Shown one piece after another: positions 11,138 through 22,086 of a DNA stretch of 64,000 nt. The stretch lies in the NCBI GenBank assembly GCA_963796275.1, contig CAWCKY010000001.1, forward strand, positions 288,001 to 352,000, given 5' to 3'. A program made the position numbers and the translations under genes. The stretch is from an uncultured Acidobacteriota bacterium. Its GTDB lineage: Bacteria; Acidobacteriota; Blastocatellia; RBC074. The notes below the pieces were generated by a model. That model worked only from the letters and a program-made list of their open reading frames with translations, ran no database searches and was not told the DNA's origin. Each line of letters opens with the position of its first letter. The stretch's first letter is position 1.

Positions 11138-11223
11138 AATTGATAATTGATAATTGATAGTTCGAAAATAGCTCTTGTAACAATTTATACGAATTATCAA
11201 TTATCAATTATCAATTATCAATT
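11138..11223. repeat. Heptamer (TAATTGA)n inverted repeat
   Basis: aattgataattgataattgatagttcg...cgaattatcaattatcaattatcaattatcaatt. Confidence 0.85.
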
Positions 11224-11237
11224 GTTTTCAAATCCCT

Positions 11238-11977
<740 letters not shown>

Positions 11978-12010
11978 TCTGCCTGTCCAGTACCCGACGG
12001 CGAGAGGAAC

Positions 12011-12817
12011 ATGCATCAAGATTTTACCGGAATGATTGAGCCCGGCTCGCGTGATGAGCAATTGCTCAATCAAATCGAATTCAACCGATTACCGAGTCAC
12101 ATAGCAGTAATTATGGACGGCAATGGCCGGTGGGCGAAGCGCCGCCATCTCCCGCGAATCGCGGGGCATCGAGCAGGCGTCGATGCGGTGCGCGCTACCG
12201 TCGAATCGGCGGCGCGCCTCGGCATTGGCGCTCTGACGCTTTACGCATTCTCGGTCGAGAACTGGAAGCGCCCTCCATTCGAGATCGAAGCGTTGATGAC
12301 ATTCCTGAAGGAATATCTGCGCAAAGAGCTGGAGAATATCCATCGCAATAACATCCGTTTTCAAACTATCGGCCGGACGGTCGAACTCGATGAATCGGTT
12401 CAATTCGAACTGCGTTCCGCGGTTCGCAAAACGGCCGGCAATACCGGCATGATATTAAACGTGGCCTTGAATTACGGTGGCCGAGTCGAAATGGTGGATG
12501 CCTTCCGTAAGCTCTTGGAGAGGTGCCAGCGCGAAGGCCGCTCTCCCGAATCGATCAACGAAACCGATATCGCGCGTCAGTTGTACACGGCGAATCTGCC
12601 CGATCCCGACCTCCTCATCCGAACCAGCGGCGAGATGCGGGTGAGCAACTTCCTCCTCTGGCAGATCGCCTATTCGGAGATTTACGTGACAGACCTTCTG
12701 TGGCCCGATTTCCGCCGACCCGACCTTTTCGCCGCCATCATCGAATTTCAGAAGCGTGAGCGCCGTTACGGCGGTTTGAGCGATAGCGCACAACGGGCCG
12801 TCGTCAACGCCTCTTAA
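12011..12817 (+). CDS. uppS: Undecaprenyl diphosphate synthase
   Basis: HIAVIMDGNGRWA, YAFSVENWKRP, LNYGGR, RTSGEMRVSNFLLWQ. Confidence 0.96.
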   Translation: MHQDFTGMIEPGSRDEQLLNQIEFNRLPSHIAVIMDGNGRWAKRRHLPRIAGHRAGVDAVRATVESAARLGIGALTLYAFSVENWKRPPFEIEALMTFLKEYLRKELENIHRNNIRFQTIGRTVELDESVQFELRSAVRKTAGNTGMILNVALNYGGRVEMVDAFRKLLERCQREGRSPESINETDIARQLYTANLPDPDLLIRTSGEMRVSNFLLWQIAYSEIYVTDLLWPDFRRPDLFAAIIEFQKRERRYGGLSDSAQRAVVNAS

Positions 12818-12873
12818 GATTTGAGATTTGAAATCGACCTCAAATATCAAATCGCGAATCTTAAAATCTCTTT

Positions 12874-13680
12874 ATGGCTCGTGTTCTAACTGCAATTGTC
12901 TTTCTGCCGATACTCTTCGCCGCCTTGTGGGCTGGCTCGCCCGTTTGGTTTGCCGGATTGGCCATGGCCGGCATACTTATCGGTCTGTTCGAATTCTACG
13001 CGCTGACAAAACATGGGGGCGAGACTCAGGGAGTAATCGCGGCCGCCTCTATCCTCGCCGCCTTTTATTTTCAACGTCACGACCTGATCCCCGCGATAGT
13101 GGCCTTTCTGGTGATCGTTGAATTGGTCGTGCAACTTGGAGTCAACGCCAAAAAGGAAGATTTGAGCGATGTTCTGACAGCGGCGTCTATCAATGTCTTC
13201 GGTGTGCTCTATACGGCTCTTCTGGGCGGTTATATTATCGCGCTTCGTGTGATCGAGAGCCCGATATCCAATCTGGCCGCGAAACTCCTGACGCTTTTCT
13301 TCATAGTTGTTTTTGCAGGCGATACTGCCGCATATTACACGGGCCGCGCATTCGGGCGGATCAAGCTGGCACCCAAGATCAGTCCGGGAAAAACCATCGA
13401 AGGAGCATTTGGCGGACTATTCGGAAATGTGCTCGCCGCGTTGATCGCGTCTCTGACGTTCTTTCCCGAGTTGAATGTAACCTTGGCGGTTCCTCTCGCT
13501 TTGGTTATGGGCGCGGCCGGCATAACCGGCGATCTGTGCGAATCGATGATCAAGCGAGGCGCGAAAGCGAAAGATGCGAGCAAGTTGATTCCCGGTCACG
13601 GCGGTTTGCTCGACCGGCTGGATAGCATGCTCTTCAATGCGCCGTTGTTATATTACTTTTATTATATTTGGATGAAGTAA
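12874..13680 (+). CDS. cdsA: Phosphatidate cytidylyltransferase
   Basis: DTAAYYTG, ISPGKTIEG, GDLCESMIKR, PGHGGLLDRLDS. Confidence 0.96.
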   Translation: MARVLTAIVFLPILFAALWAGSPVWFAGLAMAGILIGLFEFYALTKHGGETQGVIAAASILAAFYFQRHDLIPAIVAFLVIVELVVQLGVNAKKEDLSDVLTAASINVFGVLYTALLGGYIIALRVIESPISNLAAKLLTLFFIVVFAGDTAAYYTGRAFGRIKLAPKISPGKTIEGAFGGLFGNVLAALIASLTFFPELNVTLAVPLALVMGAAGITGDLCESMIKRGAKAKDASKLIPGHGGLLDRLDSMLFNAPLLYYFYYIWMK

Positions 13681-13682
13681 AT

Positions 13683-14849
13683 ATGAAACGGATTGCGATT
13701 CTCGGTTCAACGGGTTCGATCGGCTGCAACACGCTGCGCGTCGTCGAGACGCTCGCGCGTGAATTCGGCGTGGCTGCGCTCGGCGCAGGATCCAATGTTG
13801 AATTGCTGGCCGAACAGATCGAACGGCACCGTCCCGAAGTCGTTTCCGTTTTAGATGAAGAGAACGCGGAAAGACTGCTCTTCGAGCTCAATAGGCGGAG
13901 CGTGACCGCCAAACCGAAGATCGGCGTCGGCATCGATGGTTTGAGCGATGTCGCCACTTGCCCGGGCGTCGAGATCGTGATCGGAGCCCTGGTCGGGGCG
14001 ATCGGATTGTTACCGACCTACCGCGCCCTCGAAATGGGGCGCCGTGTCGCGCTGGCCAACAAAGAGACGATGGTAATCGCCGGCGAACTCATGACGCAGG
14101 CCGCCGAAAAATCGGGCGCTGAACTGTTGCCGGTCGATAGCGAGCATAATGCCTTGCACCAATGCCTAAATGGCGTGAAGCGTGCGGAGCTGAAGCGGTT
14201 GATATTGACCGCTTCAGGAGGGCCTTTCCGATCGTCCGATAAGGAAAATATCGAGAATGCGACGCCGGCCCAGGCGCTCAAACATCCGACCTGGCAAATG
14301 GGGGCCAAGATCACGATCGATTCGGCGACCTTGATGAATAAAGGTCTGGAGGTGATCGAAGCACATTGGCTCTTCAAATGTTCCGCCGATGAGATCGATA
14401 TAGTCGTTCATCCGCAATCGGTCGTGCATTCGATGATCGAACTGGTCGACGGCTCGATCATCGCTCAACTCGGCATGACCGACATGCGGCACGCCATTCA
14501 ATACTCGTTGACATACCCCGACCGCCTTCCATCCCAGCTCCCCAGGCTCGACCTGATGTCGTTGGGGAAACTCGAGTTTTTCGCTCCCGATACAGAAAAA
14601 TTCCCATGTATAACAATAGCCTACGACGCCTTACGGAATGGAGGCACGATGCCGGCCGTTTTAAATGCGGCCAATGAAGTTGCGGTCGCCGCATTTTTCG
14701 AAGAAAAGATCAAATTCGGTGACATCCCGCGGTTGATTCGCGCTGCATGCGAGGCTCATGCGCCGCAGCCGGCAACTAGCCTGGAGACAGTGCTCGCCGC
14801 AGATAAGTGGGCGAGGGAATGGGTGAGAGGGAGAACAGAGAATGGATGA
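13683..14849 (+). CDS. dxr: 1-deoxy-D-xylulose 5-phosphate reductoisomerase
   Basis: ILGSTGSIG, ALANKE, LPVDSEH, TASGGPF, KITIDSATLMNKGLEVIEA. Confidence 0.97.
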   Translation: MKRIAILGSTGSIGCNTLRVVETLAREFGVAALGAGSNVELLAEQIERHRPEVVSVLDEENAERLLFELNRRSVTAKPKIGVGIDGLSDVATCPGVEIVIGALVGAIGLLPTYRALEMGRRVALANKETMVIAGELMTQAAEKSGAELLPVDSEHNALHQCLNGVKRAELKRLILTASGGPFRSSDKENIENATPAQALKHPTWQMGAKITIDSATLMNKGLEVIEAHWLFKCSADEIDIVVHPQSVVHSMIELVDGSIIAQLGMTDMRHAIQYSLTYPDRLPSQLPRLDLMSLGKLEFFAPDTEKFPCITIAYDALRNGGTMPAVLNAANEVAVAAFFEEKIKFGDIPRLIRAACEAHAPQPATSLETVLAADKWAREWVRGRTENG

Positions 14850-14949
14850 TAATCAGACAAATTGGCAAACGGCAAAGAGTCCTGAGGAGGAGGCAACCGA
14901 TAAAATACAGAGTTCTCTTCACCTGCCCCTGGCCGTACCACTGACTACT

Positions 14950-14978
14950 TTGACACATCAGATCGCCTGCAATACACT
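14950..14978 (+). promoter_or_regulatory. Sigma-70-type promoter upstream of rseP
   Basis: TTGACA-N17-TACACT. Confidence 0.65.
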
Positions 14979-15038
14979 TAGATATAATTATAATGATATT
15001 TGCTGTTGGAGTGGACCAGCCAAAAAAGGAGTAATAAG

Positions 15039-16421
15039 GTGGGTATAATTGCGTTCGTCGTTATTCTATGCGCGATGATAGTTATTCACGAATTTGGTCA
15101 TTTCATCGTCGCAAAAATGCTGGGAATTGCAGTTGAAACATTTTCTGTCGGCTTTGGGCCGCGACTTCTCGGGTTCAAGATCGGCGATACAGATTATCGC
15201 CTGAGCGCGATTCCTCTGGGAGGATATGTCAAATTTCGCGGCGAGAACCTTGAAATGCTGCAAGGCAAGAGTGAAGGCACGATTGACGAATTCCTCGCGC
15301 ACCCGAAATGGAAGCGCTTCCTCGTTGCATTCGCCGGCCCTGCATTCAACATCGCCACTGCTCTCTTGATTCCGGCAATCGCGATAATGATCGGTTTCCG
15401 CGGCATCTCCGATCAGATTCCCAAACCGGTCATTAGCTATGTCGGCACCGGTTCCGCGGCCGAAAAAGCGGGTTTTCAACAGGGCGATCGTATCATCGCT
15501 TTCCACGGTATCAGTAATCCAACCTGGCGCGACGTCGAGTTGGACGTCTATTTGCACCCGAATGAAGATATCCCGGCCAGAGTCGAGCGTGGAGAAAAGG
15601 TGCTCGATCTTACACTCACGCCTCAGGCCCGACAAATTGAAAGAGAAGTCATCGGCGATTCGGGAATGAGCGCGGATACCAATCTCGATAGCGTTCGTGT
15701 AGTGGAAGTGACTTCCGGCTCGCCGGCCGAGCAGGCGGGTCTCAAAGCCGGGGATAAGATTCTTGCGATTAACGGCCAGCCGATCAAAGCATGGAGTCAG
15801 TTCAAAAATCAATTACGCGACAGCAACGGCCAGCCTGTGACTCTCGGGCTGGTGCGCGATCAGGGCACGTCGGAGATTCGGGTCACTCCGTTCATGCAAT
15901 CGGGCGAGTATCGCCTGGGATTCAGACCGGATCTTACAGTCACCATCAAAACAAATTCCATCATTACGGCCTTGCAATACGGTTGGGATTTCAACTGGAT
16001 GATCGTGCGTGTGACCGGCGTTGCGCTCCAACAGATATTCAACGGTCGCCGTTCGGCGCGGGATGCTCTCGGTGGTCCGGTCAGAATCGCGCAGGAGACG
16101 GTAACCACTTATGACGCCTTCGGCTGGGCCGGGATTATCAACTGGATGGGCATGCTCAGCCTCAATCTGGGCCTGATCAATCTGCTTCCCATACCGGTTC
16201 TCGATGGCGGGGTGATAATGCTGATTATCGTCGAATGGATCATGGGGCTCGTCGGATTGAGCCTTACAATGAACGTTCGCGAGCGCATACAGCAAGTCGG
16301 ATTCGTTATGGTACTGCTGTTGATGGGATTTGTGATTGTTAATGATTTCGTGAACCTTGGTAAAAGGTGGTTGAGCGATCCCCCGGCGCAGGAACAACCT
16401 GCATCACAACCTACTAAGTAA
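15039..16421 (+). CDS. rseP: RIP metalloprotease RseP (2 PDZ domains)
   Basis: HEFGH, FSVGFGP, IPLGGYV, NLLPIPVLDGG; GTG start after AGGAG; synteny with dxr. Confidence 0.95.
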   Translation: MGIIAFVVILCAMIVIHEFGHFIVAKMLGIAVETFSVGFGPRLLGFKIGDTDYRLSAIPLGGYVKFRGENLEMLQGKSEGTIDEFLAHPKWKRFLVAFAGPAFNIATALLIPAIAIMIGFRGISDQIPKPVISYVGTGSAAEKAGFQQGDRIIAFHGISNPTWRDVELDVYLHPNEDIPARVERGEKVLDLTLTPQARQIEREVIGDSGMSADTNLDSVRVVEVTSGSPAEQAGLKAGDKILAINGQPIKAWSQFKNQLRDSNGQPVTLGLVRDQGTSEIRVTPFMQSGEYRLGFRPDLTVTIKTNSIITALQYGWDFNWMIVRVTGVALQQIFNGRRSARDALGGPVRIAQETVTTYDAFGWAGIINWMGMLSLNLGLINLLPIPVLDGGVIMLIIVEWIMGLVGLSLTMNVRERIQQVGFVMVLLLMGFVIVNDFVNLGKRWLSDPPAQEQPASQPTK

Positions 16422-16558
16422 GCTTCTTTTCAGGAAATAGTCGGGATTAACGGGAATACTCCGGATTTGCGGATCGAGGTAAATCTGGATAATTCCTGTT
16501 AATCAGGACTGAATCTCATTAGCTTTAAGGCGTCGCCCCCCTAACCCCCCCCCCAAAT

Positions 16559-18070
16559 ATGGCGCAAGAAGAAAAATTCGTTCGCGGTCTGGGCCTCTTC
16601 GATTCAACAATGATCGTCGCGGGAGCGATGATCGGTTCCGGCATCTTCATCGTTTCTGCCGACATAGCTAGACAGGTTGGCGCCCCGGGCTGGTTGCTCG
16701 TGGTCTGGGTGGTCACCGGTCTGCTCACGCTGATGGCAGCTCTCAGCTATGGCGAACTCGCAGCTATGATGCCCAGGGCTGGCGGGCAATACGTTTATCT
16801 GCGCGAGGCCTATTCGCCGCTATGGGGGTTTCTCTACGGCTGGACTTTGTTTCTGGTGATTCAGACGGGCACGATCGCAGCGGTGGCCATCGGTTTCGCG
16901 CGTTATCTCGGCATACTATGGCCGGCAATTTCCGAGAACAATTACATTATCAGTCCGATTCATCTGAGTTCCGGGTATGCGATCTCGCTTTCCACGGCGC
17001 AGCTAGTCGGGGTTTTGATAATCGCCCTGCTGACGTGGATGAATACGCGCGGGTTGAAGCTGGGCAAGCTTGTCCAGAATGTATTTACGGTTTCGAAGAC
17101 TGGCGCCTTGATCGCTTTGATCGTCCTGGGAGTGACGGTCGGTTATCAGGCCGTTGCGGCGGGCGCCAACTTCGGCGACCTGTGGACTGTTCGCGGTCAA
17201 TTGCAAGATGTCGGTCAGGGGCTCACGGCAGCCACAGCATTCGGATTGTTCGTTGGCATTTGTGTAGCTCAGACCAATTCCCTTTTCTCCGCCGATTCCT
17301 GGCATAACATCACATTCACCGCGGGCGAGGTAAAAGAACCGAAACGCAATATCCCGCTATCTCTTGCGCTCGGCACCGGTTTAGTGATCATCCTTTATCT
17401 GCTGGCGAACATCGCTTATCTGGCGTCATTGCCGTTTTCGGAGATTCAAACGGTGGCGAGCGATCGGGTGGCTTCGGCGACAGCCGAGGTCATCTTCCCC
17501 GGCTACGGCGCGACGTTGATGGCAGCTGCGATCATGGTCTCGACTTTCGGCTGCAACAATGGGTTGATCCTGGCGGGCGCGCGCGCTTACTACGCGATGG
17601 CTCGCGATGGGCTTTTCTTCCAACGGGCCGGGCAACTCAATCGCTTCGCGGTTCCCGCCTGGGGACTGGCGATTCAAGGTATCTGGGCGGCATTTTACGT
17701 GTTGCCCCGAACAGTAAGGCGGGCGGCAGATGGCACCGTCAGCGGCTACGGCAATCTTTACGGCGATCTGCTGACCTACGTCATCTCGGCTGCATTGATC
17801 TTCTACATCCTGACGATCACCGGAATTTATGTTCTGCGCGTCAAACAACCGCATGCGGATAGGCCGTATCGTGCGTTCGGTTATCCGGTGGTTCCTGCGC
17901 TATACATCATCGGCGCGTCTGTGATACTAGCGGTTCTCTTCATTTATCAAACGGCGACCACTTGGCCGGGATTGGTGATAGTGATGACCGGCGTCCCTGT
18001 CTATTTCCTCTGGCGTGCCTTGGCGCGCAAACGCGGAATTGCACCTGCGGAAGCGATCGAAGTGAAGTAG
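16559..18070 (+). CDS. APC-family amino acid permease
   Basis: GAMIGSGIF, LSYGELAAMMPRAGGQY, GEVKEPKRNIP, RPYRAFGYP. Confidence 0.93.
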   Translation: MAQEEKFVRGLGLFDSTMIVAGAMIGSGIFIVSADIARQVGAPGWLLVVWVVTGLLTLMAALSYGELAAMMPRAGGQYVYLREAYSPLWGFLYGWTLFLVIQTGTIAAVAIGFARYLGILWPAISENNYIISPIHLSSGYAISLSTAQLVGVLIIALLTWMNTRGLKLGKLVQNVFTVSKTGALIALIVLGVTVGYQAVAAGANFGDLWTVRGQLQDVGQGLTAATAFGLFVGICVAQTNSLFSADSWHNITFTAGEVKEPKRNIPLSLALGTGLVIILYLLANIAYLASLPFSEIQTVASDRVASATAEVIFPGYGATLMAAAIMVSTFGCNNGLILAGARAYYAMARDGLFFQRAGQLNRFAVPAWGLAIQGIWAAFYVLPRTVRRAADGTVSGYGNLYGDLLTYVISAALIFYILTITGIYVLRVKQPHADRPYRAFGYPVVPALYIIGASVILAVLFIYQTATTWPGLVIVMTGVPVYFLWRALARKRGIAPAEAIEVK

Positions 18071-18195
18071 CGACGATTAGGGATTGACCGATTTAATGCT
18101 TAGGTTTAGAGTTAGCCGCCTCTATTTTGGAGATCCATTACATCGCATCACCCCTGTTTGGACTAATCCAAAAATTCTCTACCTGGAGGGTATAG

Positions 18196-19698
18196 ATGTC
18201 ATTATTTGCGATCAAATCGATAGATAAGATCAAGGCTGAAGCCGAATCCAGCGGCGAACATTCGCTGAAGCGCGCGCTCGGCCCGGTGAACCTTGTGACG
18301 CTCGGCATCGGCGCGATTATCGGGACAGGCATCTTCGTGTTGACCGGCCAGGCGGCCGCATTGCACGCGGGCCCGGCCATCGTAATTTCAATGATCATAG
18401 CGGGCCTGGTCAGCGCGCTCGCAGGGCTTTGCTATTCTGAGTTCGCCTCTACCGTACCGATCGCCGGTTCGGCATACACCTATGGCTATGCGACGCTCGG
18501 GGAATTCGTCGCATGGATTATCGGGTGGGACCTCATTCTCGAATACGCGCTGGGCGCAGCGACAGTCGCGGTCGGATGGTCAGGATATCTCATAAGTATC
18601 TTCAAGGATTTCGGCATTCAGTTTCCCGCCGCACTCAGCGCCGCGCCGGGCACCCCCGTTCAGACGCTGGGAGGAGAAGTCACTGCCGTATTCAATCTGC
18701 CTGCCGTGGTGATCACCGCAATCGTGACGACGCTGCTCGTCATAGGTATCAAGGAATCGGCAAACGTCAACTCCGCCATTGTGATCATCAAAGTTGCGGT
18801 CATTATCATGATCATTGCCCTCGGCGCGATCTTCATCGACTCTGGTTTATGGAGTCCGTTCATTCCCGAAAACACCGGCAAATTCGGAGAGTTCGGTTGG
18901 AGCGGGATTATGCGCGGAGCAGGTGTGATCTTTTTCGCTTATATCGGATTTGACGCGGTATCGACGGCGGCCCAGGAAGCAAAGAATCCGCAGAAGGATA
19001 TGCCGTGGGGGATTCTCGGGTCACTCGCCATCTGTACGGTACTATACGTCCTGGTCTCCGGCGTTATGGTGGGACTCGTGCCCTATAAAGAATTGAGCGG
19101 TGCTGCGCCGATGGCGACCGCCGTCAATTATGCTCGCCAGCTGTCGACGGGAACGGTATGGGAACCGATAATGAGATTCATGCCGTTTCTGGTGAAGCTG
19201 GGAGCCATTGCTGGATTGAGCTCGACGATGGTGGTTATGATGCTGGGTCAGCCGCGTATCTTCTACTCGATGGGGAAAGATGGGCTACTGCCCGGCTGGG
19301 CGAGCAGAGTTCATAAGAAGTACCGTACGCCGTACATCACCACCATCGTAACCGGTGTGGTGGTCTCGATAGCTGCGGGCTTCACGCCGATAAATGTGCT
19401 CGGCGAGTTAGTCAGCATCGGTACTCTGTTCGCTTTCGTCATTGTATCGATCGGGATTATTTTCATGCGCTACCGGCGTCCCGATATGTACCGTCCGTTC
19501 AAGACGCCACTCGTGCCGCTTGTCCCTATACTCTCGGCGGTTGCGAGCATTGCGTTGATGGCAAGTCTGCCGGGTGAGACCTGGGAGCGGCTGCTCATCT
19601 GGATGGGCATCGGATTGATTATCTACTTCGCGTATGGCTACCGGAAAAGTAAACTGCGTCACCAGGAAGCTTCTAGCGACTCCATAGCAGCGGACTGA
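18196..19698 (+). CDS. APC-family (CAT-like) amino acid permease
   Basis: GIGAIIGTGIF, YSEFASTVPIAGSAY, FFAYIGFDAVSTAAQE. Confidence 0.93.
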   Translation: MSLFAIKSIDKIKAEAESSGEHSLKRALGPVNLVTLGIGAIIGTGIFVLTGQAAALHAGPAIVISMIIAGLVSALAGLCYSEFASTVPIAGSAYTYGYATLGEFVAWIIGWDLILEYALGAATVAVGWSGYLISIFKDFGIQFPAALSAAPGTPVQTLGGEVTAVFNLPAVVITAIVTTLLVIGIKESANVNSAIVIIKVAVIIMIIALGAIFIDSGLWSPFIPENTGKFGEFGWSGIMRGAGVIFFAYIGFDAVSTAAQEAKNPQKDMPWGILGSLAICTVLYVLVSGVMVGLVPYKELSGAAPMATAVNYARQLSTGTVWEPIMRFMPFLVKLGAIAGLSSTMVVMMLGQPRIFYSMGKDGLLPGWASRVHKKYRTPYITTIVTGVVVSIAAGFTPINVLGELVSIGTLFAFVIVSIGIIFMRYRRPDMYRPFKTPLVPLVPILSAVASIALMASLPGETWERLLIWMGIGLIIYFAYGYRKSKLRHQEASSDSIAAD

Positions 19699-20090
19699 GT
19701 GAGAAATACTCACCACACGGAACACTAAAGAAGGAGATCAGGCGGTACAAAGAGCAGGTGGAAAGGGGAACCACGGGTTCGACTTCTTCCCCATCTTTGT
19801 GCAGATTGATCTCCTTTTGTACTATTTGTGGTGAATTTCCGATTCCCTTGACTCATCGATATCCGGCATTGTATTGTGATTTTTTCGCAGATTCTATCTA
19901 TATATCTCATGGCAAGCCTTCCTAAGAATTATTCCCAACACTGGCGATGCGGGCGCGACCGTTGTCGATTCGACTAGCGTCCTGACCATTGCTACATCAA
20001 AGCTGCAGCAGTAATTACAACTAGAATATGCGAATGTAATAATCTTTCCTGCTGTAGAGTTCATCAATACCAACATAAGAAGGAGAAAAG

Positions 20091-20726
20091 ATGTCATTAC
20101 GTATTGGCGAAGTCGTCCCTGATTTCACGGCGGAAACGACCGAGGGCACGATAAAGTTTCACGAATGGATTGGCGATAATTGGGCGATTCTCTTCTCGCA
20201 TCCGAAGAATTTCACTCCGGTTTGTACGACCGAGCTCGGTTATATGGCCGGTCTCAAACCAGAGTTCGAGAAGAGGAAGGTCAAAGTAATCGGGCTGAGC
20301 GTCGATAATGTGGACTCGCACAAGAAATGGTCGGAGGACATTAAGGAGACGCAGGGCAACGCGCTCAACTTCCCCGTCATCGCCGACTCTGACCAGAAAG
20401 TAGCGAAGCTTTACGATATGATCCATCCCGAGGTGAGCGATATCTTCACCGTTCGTTCAGTATTCGTGATCGGGCCGGATAAGAAGGTTAAGGCGATGCT
20501 CACCTATCCGGCGAGTACCGGCCGCAACTTCGATGAGATTCTGCGCCTCGTAGATTCGGTGCAGCTCACCGCTAAACACAGCGTCGCAACCCCTGTCAAT
20601 TGGAAGCAGGGTGATGATTGCATCATCGTCCCTTCACTCTCCGACGAGCAGGCAAAGGAGAAATTCCCCGGCGGGTGGAAGACGCTCAAACCATACCTGC
20701 GCATCGTTGCGCAACCCGGGAAGTAA
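20091..20726 (+). CDS. 1-Cys peroxiredoxin (Prx6)
   Basis: FSHPKNFTPVCTTELG, YPASTGRNFDE, ATPVNW; RBS AGGAG. Confidence 0.95.
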   Translation: MSLRIGEVVPDFTAETTEGTIKFHEWIGDNWAILFSHPKNFTPVCTTELGYMAGLKPEFEKRKVKVIGLSVDNVDSHKKWSEDIKETQGNALNFPVIADSDQKVAKLYDMIHPEVSDIFTVRSVFVIGPDKKVKAMLTYPASTGRNFDEILRLVDSVQLTAKHSVATPVNWKQGDDCIIVPSLSDEQAKEKFPGGWKTLKPYLRIVAQPGK

Positions 20727-20804
20727 GGTGAGATAGGGCGACGGGGTGAATCTTCGTAGGCGAAATCGCTTCGTCGCTCATCAGCTCCGTCGCCCAGTCC
20801 CGTT

Positions 20805-21839
20805 TCAGACTGTTTTCGTCACTTTTGACAGCATCCTCGGGTTATCCGGACTTAAACCTTTAGCCTCGGCCAGATAAGCGGCGAAGAGTTGCGCTGGTAT
20901 GATGTATGGGATCGGCGAGAGGATTTCGCTGATGCGCTGTGGAATTTTAAGGGTGCGCGACCCTGCTTTGAGCGCTGACGCTTCGCTTGAAATCACCACG
21001 GTCTCGGCGCCGATTTCGCTCAGTTTTTCCAATAATTCCTTGGTTCCCTTCATGGTAGGCCCGGGGGGCGCGAACAGGAAAACGGGAAAACCTCTATCGA
21101 CCATTGCAATTGGCCCATGCAGAAAGTCAGCGCCGGAAAACCGCTCAGCCACGACATAACAGGTCTCCATCAGCTTGATCGCAAATTCGTAAGCGTTGGC
21201 GTAATTCAAACCGCGGCCGACGACGACGCAATTCTCCATAAAGGCATAACGCTCGACTATCTCTTTCACCTGCGGCTGAATCTTGAGCGATTCCGCCGCC
21301 AGTTGCGGCAGAACCTCGATCTCCGCTTCATCTTTGTTCCGGCTGAGAGCTCGCGCGAGCATATGAAAGATCAACAATTGTCCGGTGTAAGTTTTGGTAG
21401 CGGCGACGCTGCGTTCGCGTCCGGCGTGGATCAGGAATGTTTCGTCCGCTTTCTTCGCCATCGATGACTCAGCCTCGTTAGTGATAGCCAGAGTTGTCGC
21501 TCCGCAGCGTTTGGCATTTTCAAGGACAATGTTGATATCGACTCCTTCTCCTGATTGCGAGATGCCGACGACGAGGGTGTTTTGCAAATCTAGCTTTGCT
21601 TTATAAAGTGTATGAATCGCGGGGGCGGCTAGCGATACCGGGATCCCGGTTGTCATCTCGAGCAAATAACGGCCGAAAAGTGCGGCATTATCCGAGCTGC
21701 CGCGCGCGACCAGTACGATCAAGCGCGGGCGATGATCGTTCAACGTAGCTCCGAAACGCGCTATCTTCTTAGCTTCTCTTTTGATCGTCCGTTCGATGAC
21801 GCTCGGCTGTTCTTCGATTTCCGTTAGCATTAAGGACAT
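20805..21839 (-). CDS. SIS-domain amino-sugar isomerase/deaminase (GlmS C-terminal-like)
   Basis: ARGSSDNAA, ISQSGE, SVAATKTY, FLHGP, LSKVTKT. Confidence 0.9.
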   Translation of the reverse strand: MSLMLTEIEEQPSVIERTIKREAKKIARFGATLNDHRPRLIVLVARGSSDNAALFGRYLLEMTTGIPVSLAAPAIHTLYKAKLDLQNTLVVGISQSGEGVDINIVLENAKRCGATTLAITNEAESSMAKKADETFLIHAGRERSVAATKTYTGQLLIFHMLARALSRNKDEAEIEVLPQLAAESLKIQPQVKEIVERYAFMENCVVVGRGLNYANAYEFAIKLMETCYVVAERFSGADFLHGPIAMVDRGFPVFLFAPPGPTMKGTKELLEKLSEIGAETVVISSEASALKAGSRTLKIPQRISEILSPIPYIIPAQLFAAYLAEAKGLSPDNPRMLSKVTKTV

Positions 21840-21892
21840 ATGAAATAAAGAAATTTTGATGACTGTCGATGTTCAGGATATTGCATCCACAG

Positions 21893-22040
21893 CCCCCCGG
21901 AAGGGCGGGATACTTCTAAAGTATTCGATTTAGGAATGTATTGCGCTCCGTCAGGAGCGAAATGTGATGCGTCAGATATCGCCCTGCTGAGGCTGGAATC
22001 GATGGTGGACGTTGATCTAAAATCTGGGCCCCGCTGAGGG
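21893..22040. repeat. Degenerate REP/REPIN-like palindrome cluster
   Basis: gccccccggaagggc; gctccgtcaggagcgaaatgt; atatcgccctgctgaggct; gccccgctgaggg. Confidence 0.5.
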
Positions 22041-22086
22041 AATGAATTCCACATTCAGCGTTTGCCTCGATTTCTCCTGCCAGCCT

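Noticed and set aside
19909-19977. 22-aa Cys-containing uORF (MASLPKNYSQHWRCGRDRCRFD) upstream of the peroxiredoxin
   Set aside because: No RBS or attenuator structure seen; a chance ORF of this size is expected.
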